DNA of 64,000 bases from a bacterium (GCA_021836725.1 JAKBHL010000011.1:94494-158493); one strand, 5' to 3'; shown: positions 50,716 through 59,458, numbered from the stretch's first letter. The notes: generated by a model from the sequence alone, not told the origin. Translations and numbers: made by a program.

Positions 50716-51009
50716 ATGGCAACGGCAGAAGAAGTAAAGAAGCTCGCAACCCTCGCACGCGTTTCCCTGCCCGAGGAAGAGCTCGCAAAATTCGCGAGTG
50801 AATTCGATGCGATCCTTGCCTACGTCGGACAGCTCGAGACGCTCGACATCAAGCAGGGTTCCGCGCAAGAGAAGCCGCCGCTGCGCAACGTCATGCGCGC
50901 GGACGGCACGCCGCACGAAGGAGGCGCCTATACCGAAAAGCTTGCCGCGCAATTTCCCGCACGCGAAGGCACCGCGCTTTCGGTGAAGCAGGTCATACGC
51001 CATGACTAG
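50716..51009 (+). CDS. gatC: Asp/Glu-tRNA amidotransferase subunit C
   Basis: V..LA.LAR, IL.YV.QL, NVMRAD; precedes gatA. Confidence 0.92.
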   Translation: MATAEEVKKLATLARVSLPEEELAKFASEFDAILAYVGQLETLDIKQGSAQEKPPLRNVMRADGTPHEGGAYTEKLAAQFPAREGTALSVKQVIRHD

Positions 51010-52435
51010 GCGAAATGAACTGACGATAGCGGAGGCGGCCCGCGCGCTACGCGCGCGGGAATTCACCGTGCGCGAGCTGTGGGACGCGTGCGCGGCGGCC
51101 GCCTCCGCGCGCAATCCGGAACTAAACGCATTTCTTGAGATTTTTGACGCCGACGATGCGGCGATTGCCGCCGCGCAAAAGCGCATCGATACCGACGGTT
51201 CCGCCGCGCCGCCCCTCTGCGGCATCCCGCTTGCGATGAAGGACAATATCCTGATAGAGGGGAAGATTGCGAGCGCCGGTTCCAGGATGCTTGAAAATTA
51301 TCGCGCGACCTATGACGCGACTGTGGTGAAGAAGCTGAAAGAAGCGTGCGCGCTTTTCCTCGGGCGTACCAACATGGACGAATTCGCGATGGGTTCTTCG
51401 ACCGAGCATTCCGCCTACGGTCCGACAAAAAATCCGCATGATACGCGCCGCGTGCCCGGCGGCTCTTCCGGCGGCTCCGCCGCCGCCGTTGCTGCGCACC
51501 TCGCGATTGCGGCGCTCGGCTCCGACACCGGCGGCTCCATCCGCCAGCCAGCGGCGCACACCGGACTGGTGGGATTGAAACCGACCTACGGCGCCGTCTC
51601 GCGTTCGGGACTCATAGCGATGGGCTCTTCGCTCGATCAGATAGGCCCTCTCGCAAAGACGGTTGAGGATGCGCGCCTTCTCTACGAGGCAATCGTCGGG
51701 CGCGATCCCCTTGACGCGACGACGATTCCCGCAGGCCTTTATCCATCACGCGGCATCCCCGAGAAATTCCGCATCGGCGTACCGCGGCACCTTCTCGAGA
51801 AAGGCGTCGACGCCGACGTGCGCGCCGCGTTTGATGCGACGCTGGAGCGACTGAAAGACGCCGGACATGCGCTTATCGACATAGAGTTGCCGATGAGCGC
51901 CTACGCGCTCGCGGCGTATTACGTCCTCATGCCTGCGGAAGTCTCGACCAACCTCGCGCGACTCGACGGTATCCGCTACGGGCGCGCGGCGCGCGGGGAG
52001 ACTCTGCTTGACGACTATCTTCTTTCGCGTACCGGCGGATTCGGGAAAGAAACGCTTCGCCGCATTTTGCTTGGCACCTTCGTACTGTCCTCCGGCTACA
52101 TCGACGCATACTACTACAAAGCGGACGCCGCGCGCCGCGTGCTGCGCCGCGAATACGAGAAAGCGTTTGAAAAAGCCGACATCATCGCTTTTCCGACGAC
52201 GCCGTCGCCGGCATTCGCTCTCGGCGAAAAGAGCGACCCGCTCTCGATGTATCTCGAAGACATTTTCACGGCGACTGCAAACCTTACCGGCATGCCGGCG
52301 CTCTCCGTTCCGATGGGTTTCGTGGAACGCGCGGGGAAACAGCTGCCCGTCGGCATGCATCTCACCGCGCCGAATCAGGCGGAGGACGCGCTTTTCGTCC
52401 TCGGTGCCGCAGTGGAGAAAGCGCGCGGCGCCTAG
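51002..52435 (+). CDS. gatA: Asp/Glu-tRNA amidotransferase subunit A
   Basis: KDN, NMDEFAMGSS, PGGSSGGSAAAVA, GSDTGGSIRQPA, RRILLGTFVLS.GY. Confidence 0.97.
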   Translation: MTRRNELTIAEAARALRAREFTVRELWDACAAAASARNPELNAFLEIFDADDAAIAAAQKRIDTDGSAAPPLCGIPLAMKDNILIEGKIASAGSRMLENYRATYDATVVKKLKEACALFLGRTNMDEFAMGSSTEHSAYGPTKNPHDTRRVPGGSSGGSAAAVAAHLAIAALGSDTGGSIRQPAAHTGLVGLKPTYGAVSRSGLIAMGSSLDQIGPLAKTVEDARLLYEAIVGRDPLDATTIPAGLYPSRGIPEKFRIGVPRHLLEKGVDADVRAAFDATLERLKDAGHALIDIELPMSAYALAAYYVLMPAEVSTNLARLDGIRYGRAARGETLLDDYLLSRTGGFGKETLRRILLGTFVLSSGYIDAYYYKADAARRVLRREYEKAFEKADIIAFPTTPSPAFALGEKSDPLSMYLEDIFTATANLTGMPALSVPMGFVERAGKQLPVGMHLTAPNQAEDALFVLGAAVEKARGA

Positions 52436-52459
52436 CGCATCTCGTCTATACTGAAAGCG

Positions 52460-53044
52460 ATGCCCACCACTCCCGCTACGCAGATAAACGTCGAGTATTT
52501 CTTCCGCCTCTTGTACGATCTTTTCTATGGCGCGCATGGGTCGGCGAACTATTCGGTATTTCAGACTTTTCTCGCACACCTCTGGCTCTGGATCATCATC
52601 GTCGGCTACGCACTCTCGGTCATAGGGCTTTTCGTCATCGTGTACGCCATGATACGCCTTTTCGAGCTTCGCGAGCGCGAAGAGGAACAGTACGGCACGC
52701 TACTCCTCGCGCCGGAGGCTGAGGGCGGCATGAACCGGCGCTGGCTGCACATTGAGTCGCTCGGGAACGGCGCAAACGCGAGCGCGTGGCGCGAGGCGAT
52801 CATCGAAGCCGACATCATGCTTGACGACATGCTCACCGAACAAGGGTACGCGGGCGAGGGCGTCGGCGAGAAGCTCAAGACAGTCGAACCGGCGGATTTC
52901 AACACGCTCCAGGATGCGTGGGAGGCGCACAAAGTGCGCAACCAGATAGCGCACGAAGGTTCCGCTTTCGATCTCTCCGAAACCCTCGCCCGCCGCACCC
53001 TTGCCCGCTACGAATCCGTCTTCCGCGAGTTCAAAATCATCTAG
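52460..53044 (+). CDS. Conserved hypothetical membrane protein
   Basis: One TM helix; AIIEAD..LD, GEKLK, AWEAHKVRNQIAH (RxxxxH, HEPN-like spacing). Confidence 0.7.
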   Translation: MPTTPATQINVEYFFRLLYDLFYGAHGSANYSVFQTFLAHLWLWIIIVGYALSVIGLFVIVYAMIRLFELREREEEQYGTLLLAPEAEGGMNRRWLHIESLGNGANASAWREAIIEADIMLDDMLTEQGYAGEGVGEKLKTVEPADFNTLQDAWEAHKVRNQIAHEGSAFDLSETLARRTLARYESVFREFKII

Positions 53045-53097
53045 AAGCATTTTTGGTGCAGTTGCGTTGCCGTCGGGAATTTCCTATACTTGCCCCT

Positions 53098-53504
53098 AGC
53101 GGGGTAGAGGAGAGGTACCTCGGGAGGCTCATGTGAAAACGTGACCCTATCCGGTAACGGGTAGTGGAAAAACTCTCTAAATTGCTGGAATACCGTTAGA
53201 GCTTCTTGTGCTACAGCGCGATCCGAAAGGATGAGCGCGAACGCCTAAAAAACGAGAAGATTCGGCAATCAGCAGCCAAGCCTAGTTTTACTTCGGGGGT
53301 TCCCCCATTCCGATGGGGAAGGCGAACGGCGGAGTGCGAAAGTGAGGACAAAGTCCGAGCGGGAGCAACTCCGGTAAGTGAGACTGGGAAGGTTCAGAGA
53401 CTATAATGGGAGAGTCCTTATGGGATTGTGGTATAGTCCATTCCTGTTGGAAACAGCAGGTGTAAAAGAACCTCCAGACGCCGGTTCGATTCCGGCCCCC
53501 GCAA
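53098..53504 (+). tRNA. Initiator tRNA-Met(CAT) split by a group I intron (exons 53098-53132 and 53469-53504)
   Basis: Spliced: agcggggtagaggagaggtacctcgggaggctCAT^aacctccagacgccggttcgattccggcccccgcaa; 1:72 mismatch, A11-U24; TATACT at 53085-53090. Confidence 0.92.
53133..53468 (+). ncRNA. Group I self-splicing intron, 336 nt, no ORF
   Basis: Exon ends in U with U.G in P1 (tcat^gt-gaaa-acgtga); P aaattgctggaa, Q aatcagcagcc, R ggttcagagacta, S ggtatagtcc; P3 actctct/ggagagt; P9 cctgttg-gaaa-cagcagg; ends in G. Confidence 0.93.
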
Positions 53505-53707
53505 CAAGCAAACGAAAGCCGCCTAAAAGGGCGGCTTTCGCATTTGCGCAGTTGCGGAGGGAGCGAAGCGCCTGCGCGCTTCGCGTCCGGAATCGAACAG
53601 CCGGAGCGATGTTTCGCCAGCAGGCGAAACTGCGAGGCAGGGTTCGTGAAAATCCGCGAGCGACGGCGAGCGGATTATTCCTGACTTCGACCGGCCCCCG
53701 CAACAAG
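53505..53707 (+). repeat. tRNA-associated structured element (fMet copy)
   Basis: Hairpin 53513-53540; split antisense copy of the tRNA 3' end (53551-53561 and 53587-53598); scaffold 53600-53685; direct copy ttcgaccggcccccgcaacaag 53686-53707. Confidence 0.85.
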
Positions 53708-53840
53708 GTAGTGCGTGGCCTGCTAACCCAGACCGTTCGGCATCAAAAGTGCCGAAAATCAGTTCAAGACTGATACGGTCGAAATACGCAAAAGGCATCC
53801 TTTCGGCCGTCTTTTGCGTAGGTAATGCTAAAGTATCCAC

Positions 53841-54425
53841 ATGACCGACGAACAATTGTTGTCGCGAGCGAGATCTCTGCAAGAAGACGCGCGACGGATT
53901 TTGCAAGAATTAAATTTGTTCTCGATTATCAGAACGATCTCGGAACCGGAAATCGTGGGGAGCGTGAAAAGCGGGCTCATGATCATGCCTGACATCGATA
54001 TCCATGCGTGGATGGAAGAGCCGAATCTCGGGGCTGTCTCGAATATGCTTTCCACACTTGCGAAGATGTCGACCATTCAGATGGTACATTTCAACAACTA
54101 CCGCGAGCTACGGAGGGATTTCCGAAAGGATCGCATCAATTTTCCGCACGCATACTATGTCGGACTGCGTACCATACAGCCCTCGGGCGAATGGAAGATT
54201 GATATGTGGTTTGGAAAGCGCGGGGAAGTGGGCGAGTATGATGCAACCGAGCTTGAAACGATGACCGATGAACAGCGTCTCGGCATTCTGCGACTCAAGG
54301 AGACTTGGAGAGACGGTAAGGGGTATCGGGATGGTGTTCTCAGCACCGATTTCTATAAAGCGGTCATGCGACACGATGTAAAAGACGAGGGAGGATTTGT
54401 AGAATATCTGAAGACGAAAGAATAA
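53841..54425 (+). CDS. Hypothetical protein with Pol-beta-like nucleotidyltransferase motif
   Basis: hGS-x8-DxDh (IVGSVKSGLMIMPDIDI) plus a third Asp in WKIDMW. Confidence 0.6.
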   Translation: MTDEQLLSRARSLQEDARRILQELNLFSIIRTISEPEIVGSVKSGLMIMPDIDIHAWMEEPNLGAVSNMLSTLAKMSTIQMVHFNNYRELRRDFRKDRINFPHAYYVGLRTIQPSGEWKIDMWFGKRGEVGEYDATELETMTDEQRLGILRLKETWRDGKGYRDGVLSTDFYKAVMRHDVKDEGGFVEYLKTKE

Positions 54426-54428
54426 CGT

Positions 54429-54929
54429 ATGGAAATTAAATCTACACTGACTAATCGTTCAGGCCAGGTATTGGATGTTATCTATCGGGACATAGAATCG
54501 TTTGAAGAACTTGGGAATCGCACTGTGCATGGTGTTCACGCGTTCTGTTTCGCCGGTGACGAGCTGATCATCGTCTATTCGGAAGCAAAAGGGTATTGGA
54601 CGCCGCCGGGCGGCGGGGTGGAGCCGGGGGAGACGGCTGAAGAAGCGATTGTGCGCGAAGTCTTCGAGGAAACGAACATGCGGGTACTCAAACAGCGTGT
54701 CATTGGATACCAGGAAATCTCCGAGCCGCACCGGCTTACGGTGCAAGTGCGTTCGGTTTGCATCGTTGAACCGATTGGGCCGTTTATCGCCGATGCCGAT
54801 TCCAGCGATGGCGAAGGAGTGACCGAAATCAAGCCCATTGATCCAAAAGATATCAAAAAATATTTCGACTGGGGTGAAATTGGTGCTCATATACTTGAAC
54901 GATCCTTATCTATTAAAAGACAGCTCTGA
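54429..54929 (+). CDS. Nudix hydrolase
   Basis: GGGVEPGETAEEAIVREVFEETNM Nudix box. Confidence 0.9.
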   Translation: MEIKSTLTNRSGQVLDVIYRDIESFEELGNRTVHGVHAFCFAGDELIIVYSEAKGYWTPPGGGVEPGETAEEAIVREVFEETNMRVLKQRVIGYQEISEPHRLTVQVRSVCIVEPIGPFIADADSSDGEGVTEIKPIDPKDIKKYFDWGEIGAHILERSLSIKRQL

Positions 54930-54940
54930 ACATAGTCACT

Positions 54941-55288
54941 ATGCAAGAGGTCGTACAGGAGGCCAGGAACGATTTTGAGAATGGTCTGATTGATCAAGGC
55001 CTACTCATTGAGTTGTATAGAGGATATAAAGATGTTGGTGATACGGTACGGTTTGTAACCAAAGCAAGAAATATTTTCCCGAACGGGAATTGTGGACTCG
55101 CGTCTCTGTATCTAAAAAGAAAATTAGGAGGCGAAATTGTTCATGGGAAATATGAGAAACACGACCATACATTCCTGCTCAGCAAAGATACTGTTATAGA
55201 TATCACTGCAGATCAGTTCGGAGGCCCAAAAGTGTATGTCGGTCCTCTTCGGTTACCATGGTCATTTGAAGAAAACAGACGAGCTTGA
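54941..55288 (+). CDS. Hypothetical protein with papain/transglutaminase-like Cys-His-Asp triad
   Basis: GNCGLAS ... HTFL ... IDITADQF; markedly AT-rich. Confidence 0.55.
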   Translation: MQEVVQEARNDFENGLIDQGLLIELYRGYKDVGDTVRFVTKARNIFPNGNCGLASLYLKRKLGGEIVHGKYEKHDHTFLLSKDTVIDITADQFGGPKVYVGPLRLPWSFEENRRA

Positions 55289-55373
55289 TAAGCACAGGAA
55301 TTGAACTTGAAAAAATCACTGGATGCACCGATTCCCGACCCGCTGTCCTCCGCTTGCGACACGGCAAAAAATC

Positions 55374-55403
55374 TTGACAAAAGTCAGTAATAAGTGGTAT
55401 TCT
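55374..55403 (+). promoter_or_regulatory. Sigma70 promoter
   Basis: TTGACA, 18 bp, TGn-TATTCT. Confidence 0.6.
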
Positions 55404-55475
55404 GCAATCGAGTCGTCTGGGAATTAGACGCACTCGGTACATTCGTCGTTCAACGAAATACCGTAGGAGTTCTTT

Positions 55476-55763
55476 ATGAATCGAAACAGAGAGCTCGTTT
55501 ATTCCGCTATCCTCGCGATGGTCATGTTGCCGGCCATGGCCGCAGCACCGGCACCACGCGCAGCGGAAACGCAGTTAAGCATCCGCATCACGCGGCATGC
55601 CGCGGAGCTGATTGCCGCACGAGAGCGCGGCATGACACCGACCATCGCGCCAGCCACTGCCCGGCCAGGCTCGAACAGGTTCTTTGCGCAGTCCTGCAAA
55701 GCAGCCGGCGGCAACGCCGTCATCGCGCGAGGGGCAGGTTCCAAGCAGCTCGTTTGCGTGTGA
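55476..55763 (+). CDS. Small putative secreted protein
   Basis: AGGAG SD, signal-peptide-like N-terminus, two Cys. Confidence 0.55.
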   Translation: MNRNRELVYSAILAMVMLPAMAAAPAPRAAETQLSIRITRHAAELIAARERGMTPTIAPATARPGSNRFFAQSCKAAGGNAVIARGAGSKQLVCV

Positions 55764-55883
55764 ATCGCACGCATTCACGGGGCAAAAGGGCATGCTGAGA
55801 TGCCACCAGGGCGGAAGCGAAAGCTTCCGCCCTAATTTTTTGTTCATTCTTGCGCGCTATACTGGAGGAACACCGCACCCGCC

Positions 55884-56861
55884 ATGGTATCGAAAACGAT
55901 TAAAACCGCGTCAGTCATGCTCGCCATCGCGTGTTTTGCCTTGCCGTCCGTGGCATCAGCTTCGACGCTCTCGTCCGGGCAGGTACAGGCGATTATCGGG
56001 TTACTTGAGGCGTTCAACGTCAGCCAATCGACCGTAGCTCGCGTAAAGCAGGCGCTCGGGATTTCCCAAACCCCCGTTTCCGGCGGTCGCACCAGCGCCG
56101 CGGACCCGCCCACTCCTTCGCAGCCACCGCCCGCTCCGCATGTTCCTGCGATCGGAAGCGCGTACCCCTCGAGCAATATCGGTTTCGACCTTTCTTACAA
56201 TGCTCTTTCATACCCGGCCGGGCACTTCAGTTTCGGCATCGTCGGCATTTCAGGCGGGAAAGCGTTCGTGCACAACAACCGGCTGGTTTCCGAATACTCC
56301 TGGGCGCATGTCGGTGCTATCGCACCGACCGTCTACATGAACCTGAACGCGCCCTATGGCAGTACTGTGGCGGGGAACACCGATACTCCCAAATCCTGCC
56401 CGACACAGGGCGCATCCGGTACCGAACCCACGGCCTGCGAAGGATACAACTACGGTTTCAATGCGGCGAAAGACGCATACGCGTACGCAAAAGATCATGC
56501 CGTTACATCCGCGCTCTGGTGGATCGATATCGAGGAAGCGAACAGCTGGTCGCCGAACACGGCTGTCAACGACGCAACGATACAAGGCGCGATTGATTAC
56601 CTGAATACGCAGGGCGTGCGCGCCGGCATCTACTCCGTGGCGCGCATGTGGAACGACATCGCGGGAAATAATTTCGTGCCGACACAGACGATAAACGGCC
56701 AGACGGTTTCCGTTCCGGCGTGGATGCCCATAGGCATTTCGAACCTGGTCAGCGCGATCAACGCGTGTGCGACTGAAACGAGTTTCATCCCGGGCGGTCC
56801 GATTTGGCTCGTGCAGTATGTGGCGAACTCGACAGCCGTCGACCAAAACGTTTCCTGCTGA
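55884..56861 (+). CDS. Secreted GH25/DUF1906-like TIM-barrel glycoside hydrolase
   Basis: Signal peptide, Pro-rich linker, GFDLSY, WIDIE (DxE), GIYS, LVQY, DQN. Confidence 0.65.
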   Translation: MVSKTIKTASVMLAIACFALPSVASASTLSSGQVQAIIGLLEAFNVSQSTVARVKQALGISQTPVSGGRTSAADPPTPSQPPPAPHVPAIGSAYPSSNIGFDLSYNALSYPAGHFSFGIVGISGGKAFVHNNRLVSEYSWAHVGAIAPTVYMNLNAPYGSTVAGNTDTPKSCPTQGASGTEPTACEGYNYGFNAAKDAYAYAKDHAVTSALWWIDIEEANSWSPNTAVNDATIQGAIDYLNTQGVRAGIYSVARMWNDIAGNNFVPTQTINGQTVSVPAWMPIGISNLVSAINACATETSFIPGGPIWLVQYVANSTAVDQNVSC

Positions 56862-56892
56862 AAGACCGAAAAAGACTCCCGCGTAAGGAAGC

Positions 56893-56920
56893 TTGACACG
56901 TTCTAATTGATATATATGCT
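56893..56920 (+). promoter_or_regulatory. Sigma70 promoter
   Basis: TTGACA, 16 bp, TATGCT. Confidence 0.55.
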
Positions 56921-57005
56921 CTGCGGCAGAGCCCTTTGATTCCATTGCGGACAGAGAGCTTCGCCCGCACCGGCCGGCGCGGACAATCCCTCGAGGAGAG
57001 TTGTC

Positions 57006-57578
57006 ATGGCCACACAAAATGCGGTCGAAGAGAAACTAAGTACGACAATCCGGACACAACCTTTGTTTGTCCCCGTCGGAACGACAGAACTTCCGAAACT
57101 CCCCAGCAAGCCGACTGATCAGTGTTTCAACGGTCCGCAGTACGGGTTGCGCAGCATCAATCTCAACCGTTGGCTCCTGTCATATCAGCCGGGAACGCCC
57201 GGTTGCGTTGTCACGGCGCTCAGGCCAACCGGGGTGGTGACAGAAGCTGAATGGGTTGCGGCGCTGCTCGGCGTACCAGCTGATACGCCGATGAAATTAA
57301 CAGCCGAGCTCCTCAAAGAGCGCGACCACACCATGTCCTTGGTACAAGTGGAAGGCATGGTGGAACGAACGCAACAAGGACTTCGTACCGGCATGCCTAC
57401 TGACGGGTGGTCCAGTTTCTTCTTTGTGGAGAACAAGAAAGACGGTGTTGAACTGACGGGCATCTATCGTGACGAAAGTAAAATGCGATGGTGTCTGCGC
57501 TTTTCACTCAATCGCGATATTCTCTGGCATTGCAATCATCGTCTCCTTGTTCCCAATTTGGACGTTTCGAAGCTCTGA
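57006..57578 (+). CDS. Hypothetical protein
   Basis: 190-aa ORF with GAGGAG SD, upstream promoter and downstream hairpins. Confidence 0.6.
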   Translation: MATQNAVEEKLSTTIRTQPLFVPVGTTELPKLPSKPTDQCFNGPQYGLRSINLNRWLLSYQPGTPGCVVTALRPTGVVTEAEWVAALLGVPADTPMKLTAELLKERDHTMSLVQVEGMVERTQQGLRTGMPTDGWSSFFFVENKKDGVELTGIYRDESKMRWCLRFSLNRDILWHCNHRLLVPNLDVSKL

Positions 57579-57610
57579 TTCCCTTACCATAGCGTTCAAA
57601 CGTTCTCCAA

Positions 57611-57693
57611 ATAAAATCCCTCTCGCGCACGCGAGAGGGATTTTATATCATTTCCGATAGAAAGATAAAAACCGCCTTCTCGGCGGTTTTTAT
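57611..57693. terminator. Two tandem hairpins between convergent genes
   Basis: ataaaatccctctcgcg-ca-cgcgagagggattttat and gataaaaaccgcc-ttctc-ggcggtttttatc. Confidence 0.65.
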
Positions 57694-57710
57694 CCGCATC
57701 GCGTCTTCTC

Positions 57711-57938
57711 TTACATCTTAACCGGGCACATTGTGCAGGTTTTTTTGTGGGTGAAAGCAAGATAGAGCGCAGAGAGGCCGACGAGTATGTAGACTGTCCA
57801 CTCAAGCGACGGCCACGCGCTGAGTACGAAGTGGACGACGTTCCAATCAGCCCCTGCAAAATTCCCGAGACCGATCAAACCCCAATTGAGCGCCCCGACA
57901 ACCGTCAGCACGAACGCAATCTGGTGGAATATTTTCAT
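57711..57938 (-). CDS. DUF378 family membrane protein
   Basis: VVGALNWGLIG, VYILVGLSALY. Confidence 0.88.
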   Translation of the reverse strand: MKIFHQIAFVLTVVGALNWGLIGLGNFAGADWNVVHFVLSAWPSLEWTVYILVGLSALYLAFTHKKTCTMCPVKM

Positions 57939-58073
57939 ACGATGACGACGGCCGCTAGCTAGTAAGGTTTATGATGCCGTCTGCCGGAAGTATGACGTCT
58001 CCGGGGGAAAATGAAAGGGCGGCAGGTGCACAACGGGATATCGAAATGTTTGGCATGGTACACTCGAAGAACT

Positions 58074-58532
58074 ATGACGCACATCATCATCTTTACCGCG
58101 AATTATCTCTATCTGCTACCGGTAGTCATATTCATCGCGTACGGGCTCCTCACGAAAAGAAGGAGGGAGTTCATACTGCTTTCCGTGCTGGTGCTCCCGA
58201 CAAGCTATCTGCTTGGCGTTCTTGCCGGGCACCTGTTCTATGATCCGCGCCCCTTTGTCGTTTCCCATACCACGCCGCTCTTCCCCCACGCGCCGGACAA
58301 CGGATTCCCCTCGGATCACGCGCTCCTTACCGGAACGCTCGCGGCGCTCATCACGGCCTTTAGCGTGCCTCTTGGGTTGTTCATGTGGTTCCTCGCGTTT
58401 CTTATCGGCGCGTCCCGCGTCCTCGCCGGCGTGCATCACGCTCTCGATATCATCGGTTCGTTCCTTATCGCGGCGGCGAGCACGGCAGTTCTGTGGCAGC
58501 TTTTGAAACGATTCCACTCATTCCGGAACTAA
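58074..58532 (+). CDS. PAP2 family phosphatase (BcrC-like)
   Basis: RPF, FPSDHA, SRVLAGVHH..DI. Confidence 0.88.
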   Translation: MTHIIIFTANYLYLLPVVIFIAYGLLTKRRREFILLSVLVLPTSYLLGVLAGHLFYDPRPFVVSHTTPLFPHAPDNGFPSDHALLTGTLAALITAFSVPLGLFMWFLAFLIGASRVLAGVHHALDIIGSFLIAAASTAVLWQLLKRFHSFRN

Positions 58533-58568
58533 CGATTGTTTCTAAAGAGACGGCTGCGCGAGAACGAA

Positions 58569-58898
58569 TCAATGAGTGACCGGAAGACCAGCCTTCTGCC
58601 ACGCGATGATGCCACCGGTGACGCTTGCCGCCTGCTCCAGACCGAGGCCGTGCAGGAGATCGGTAGCCATGGAACTGCGTCCACCGGAACGGCAGATGAC
58701 ATGAATCGAATCGTATTGCTTGAGACGCGCCGCTTCGGTTTCAAGGCGGTCGATAGGGATGTTCAGCGCGCCGGCGATGCCTTCCGCGCGGACTTCTTCC
58801 CGCGTGCGCACGTCAAGCAGCACATGGCCTTCAGCGCCGAGGCGCTCATACGCTTCGGTGACGGATATGCTCGGGGGGCCGGATGAGAAGCCAAACAT
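58569..58898 (-). CDS. Single-domain rhodanese
   Basis: LLDVRT, I.GA.NIP, CRSGGRS, GGI.AW. Confidence 0.92.
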   Translation of the reverse strand: MFGFSSGPPSISVTEAYERLGAEGHVLLDVRTREEVRAEGIAGALNIPIDRLETEAARLKQYDSIHVICRSGGRSSMATDLLHGLGLEQAASVTGGIIAWQKAGLPVTH

Positions 58899-58972
58899 AC
58901 GTTACAAGAGAGCATACGGCGAAGCCGGCGCTGCCGTCAACACGCCGCGCGAACCGTACGCTCCACCGCCGG

Positions 58973-59458
58973 CTACCAATTTCCGATCTTGAAAGAGTAT
59001 TTCTCGTGCAGCATTCTGTCGATGCTGTAATAACGCCAACTTTTGCCGAGCCAGAGCGCGACAAATACGATGAAATAAATGATAGCCGCGCCGATATCGG
59101 TCGAGCCCGGCTGGTAAGGACCGCCAAATCCCTCGGCAGTCGACCAGATGACAAGCGCCATCAGCATGCCGCCGGTCATCGTCACTTTGCTGAAAACTCC
59201 GAAAATGAGACCGAGCGCAATCGCCGTTTCCGCAACCGCAACCACGATGGCGAAGAAATGGGGTTGAACGTTTACCCCTTGCACCCAGAGATTAATCCAG
59301 GCTTGCACCAGAGCGCCTTGTCCCTGCGCTCCGCTGGTAAGATACGAAGTGAGATTGTTGATGAACGCGGGACTCCACTTGAAATACGCATCAATGAGCC
59401 AGACGAAGCCGAAGGCGATACGCAAGACGGCAAACGAACGATCTTCTCGGGGGCGCAT
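58973..59458 (-). CDS. DoxX/DoxD-like membrane protein
   Basis: LRIAFG..W, E...LGLI.G, EGFGGPY..G.TDIG, SID. Confidence 0.72.
   Translation of the reverse strand: MRPREDRSFAVLRIAFGFVWLIDAYFKWSPAFINNLTSYLTSGAQGQGALVQAWINLWVQGVNVQPHFFAIVVAVAETAIALGLIFGVFSKVTMTGGMLMALVIWSTAEGFGGPYQPGSTDIGAAIIYFIVFVALWLGKSWRYYSIDRMLHEKYSFKIGNW

Noticed and set aside
53098-53504. tmRNA (similar size, tRNA-like ends)
   Set aside because: It has complete D and anticodon arms with CAT, no G3.U70 alanine identity or tag frame, and the interior matches group I P/Q/R/S elements
53206-53906. ORFs 53206-53406, 53378-53773, 53401-53706 and 53523-53906 as homing endonuclease or integrase
   Set aside because: No LAGLIDADG, HNH, GIY-YIG or recombinase motifs; they overlap structured RNA
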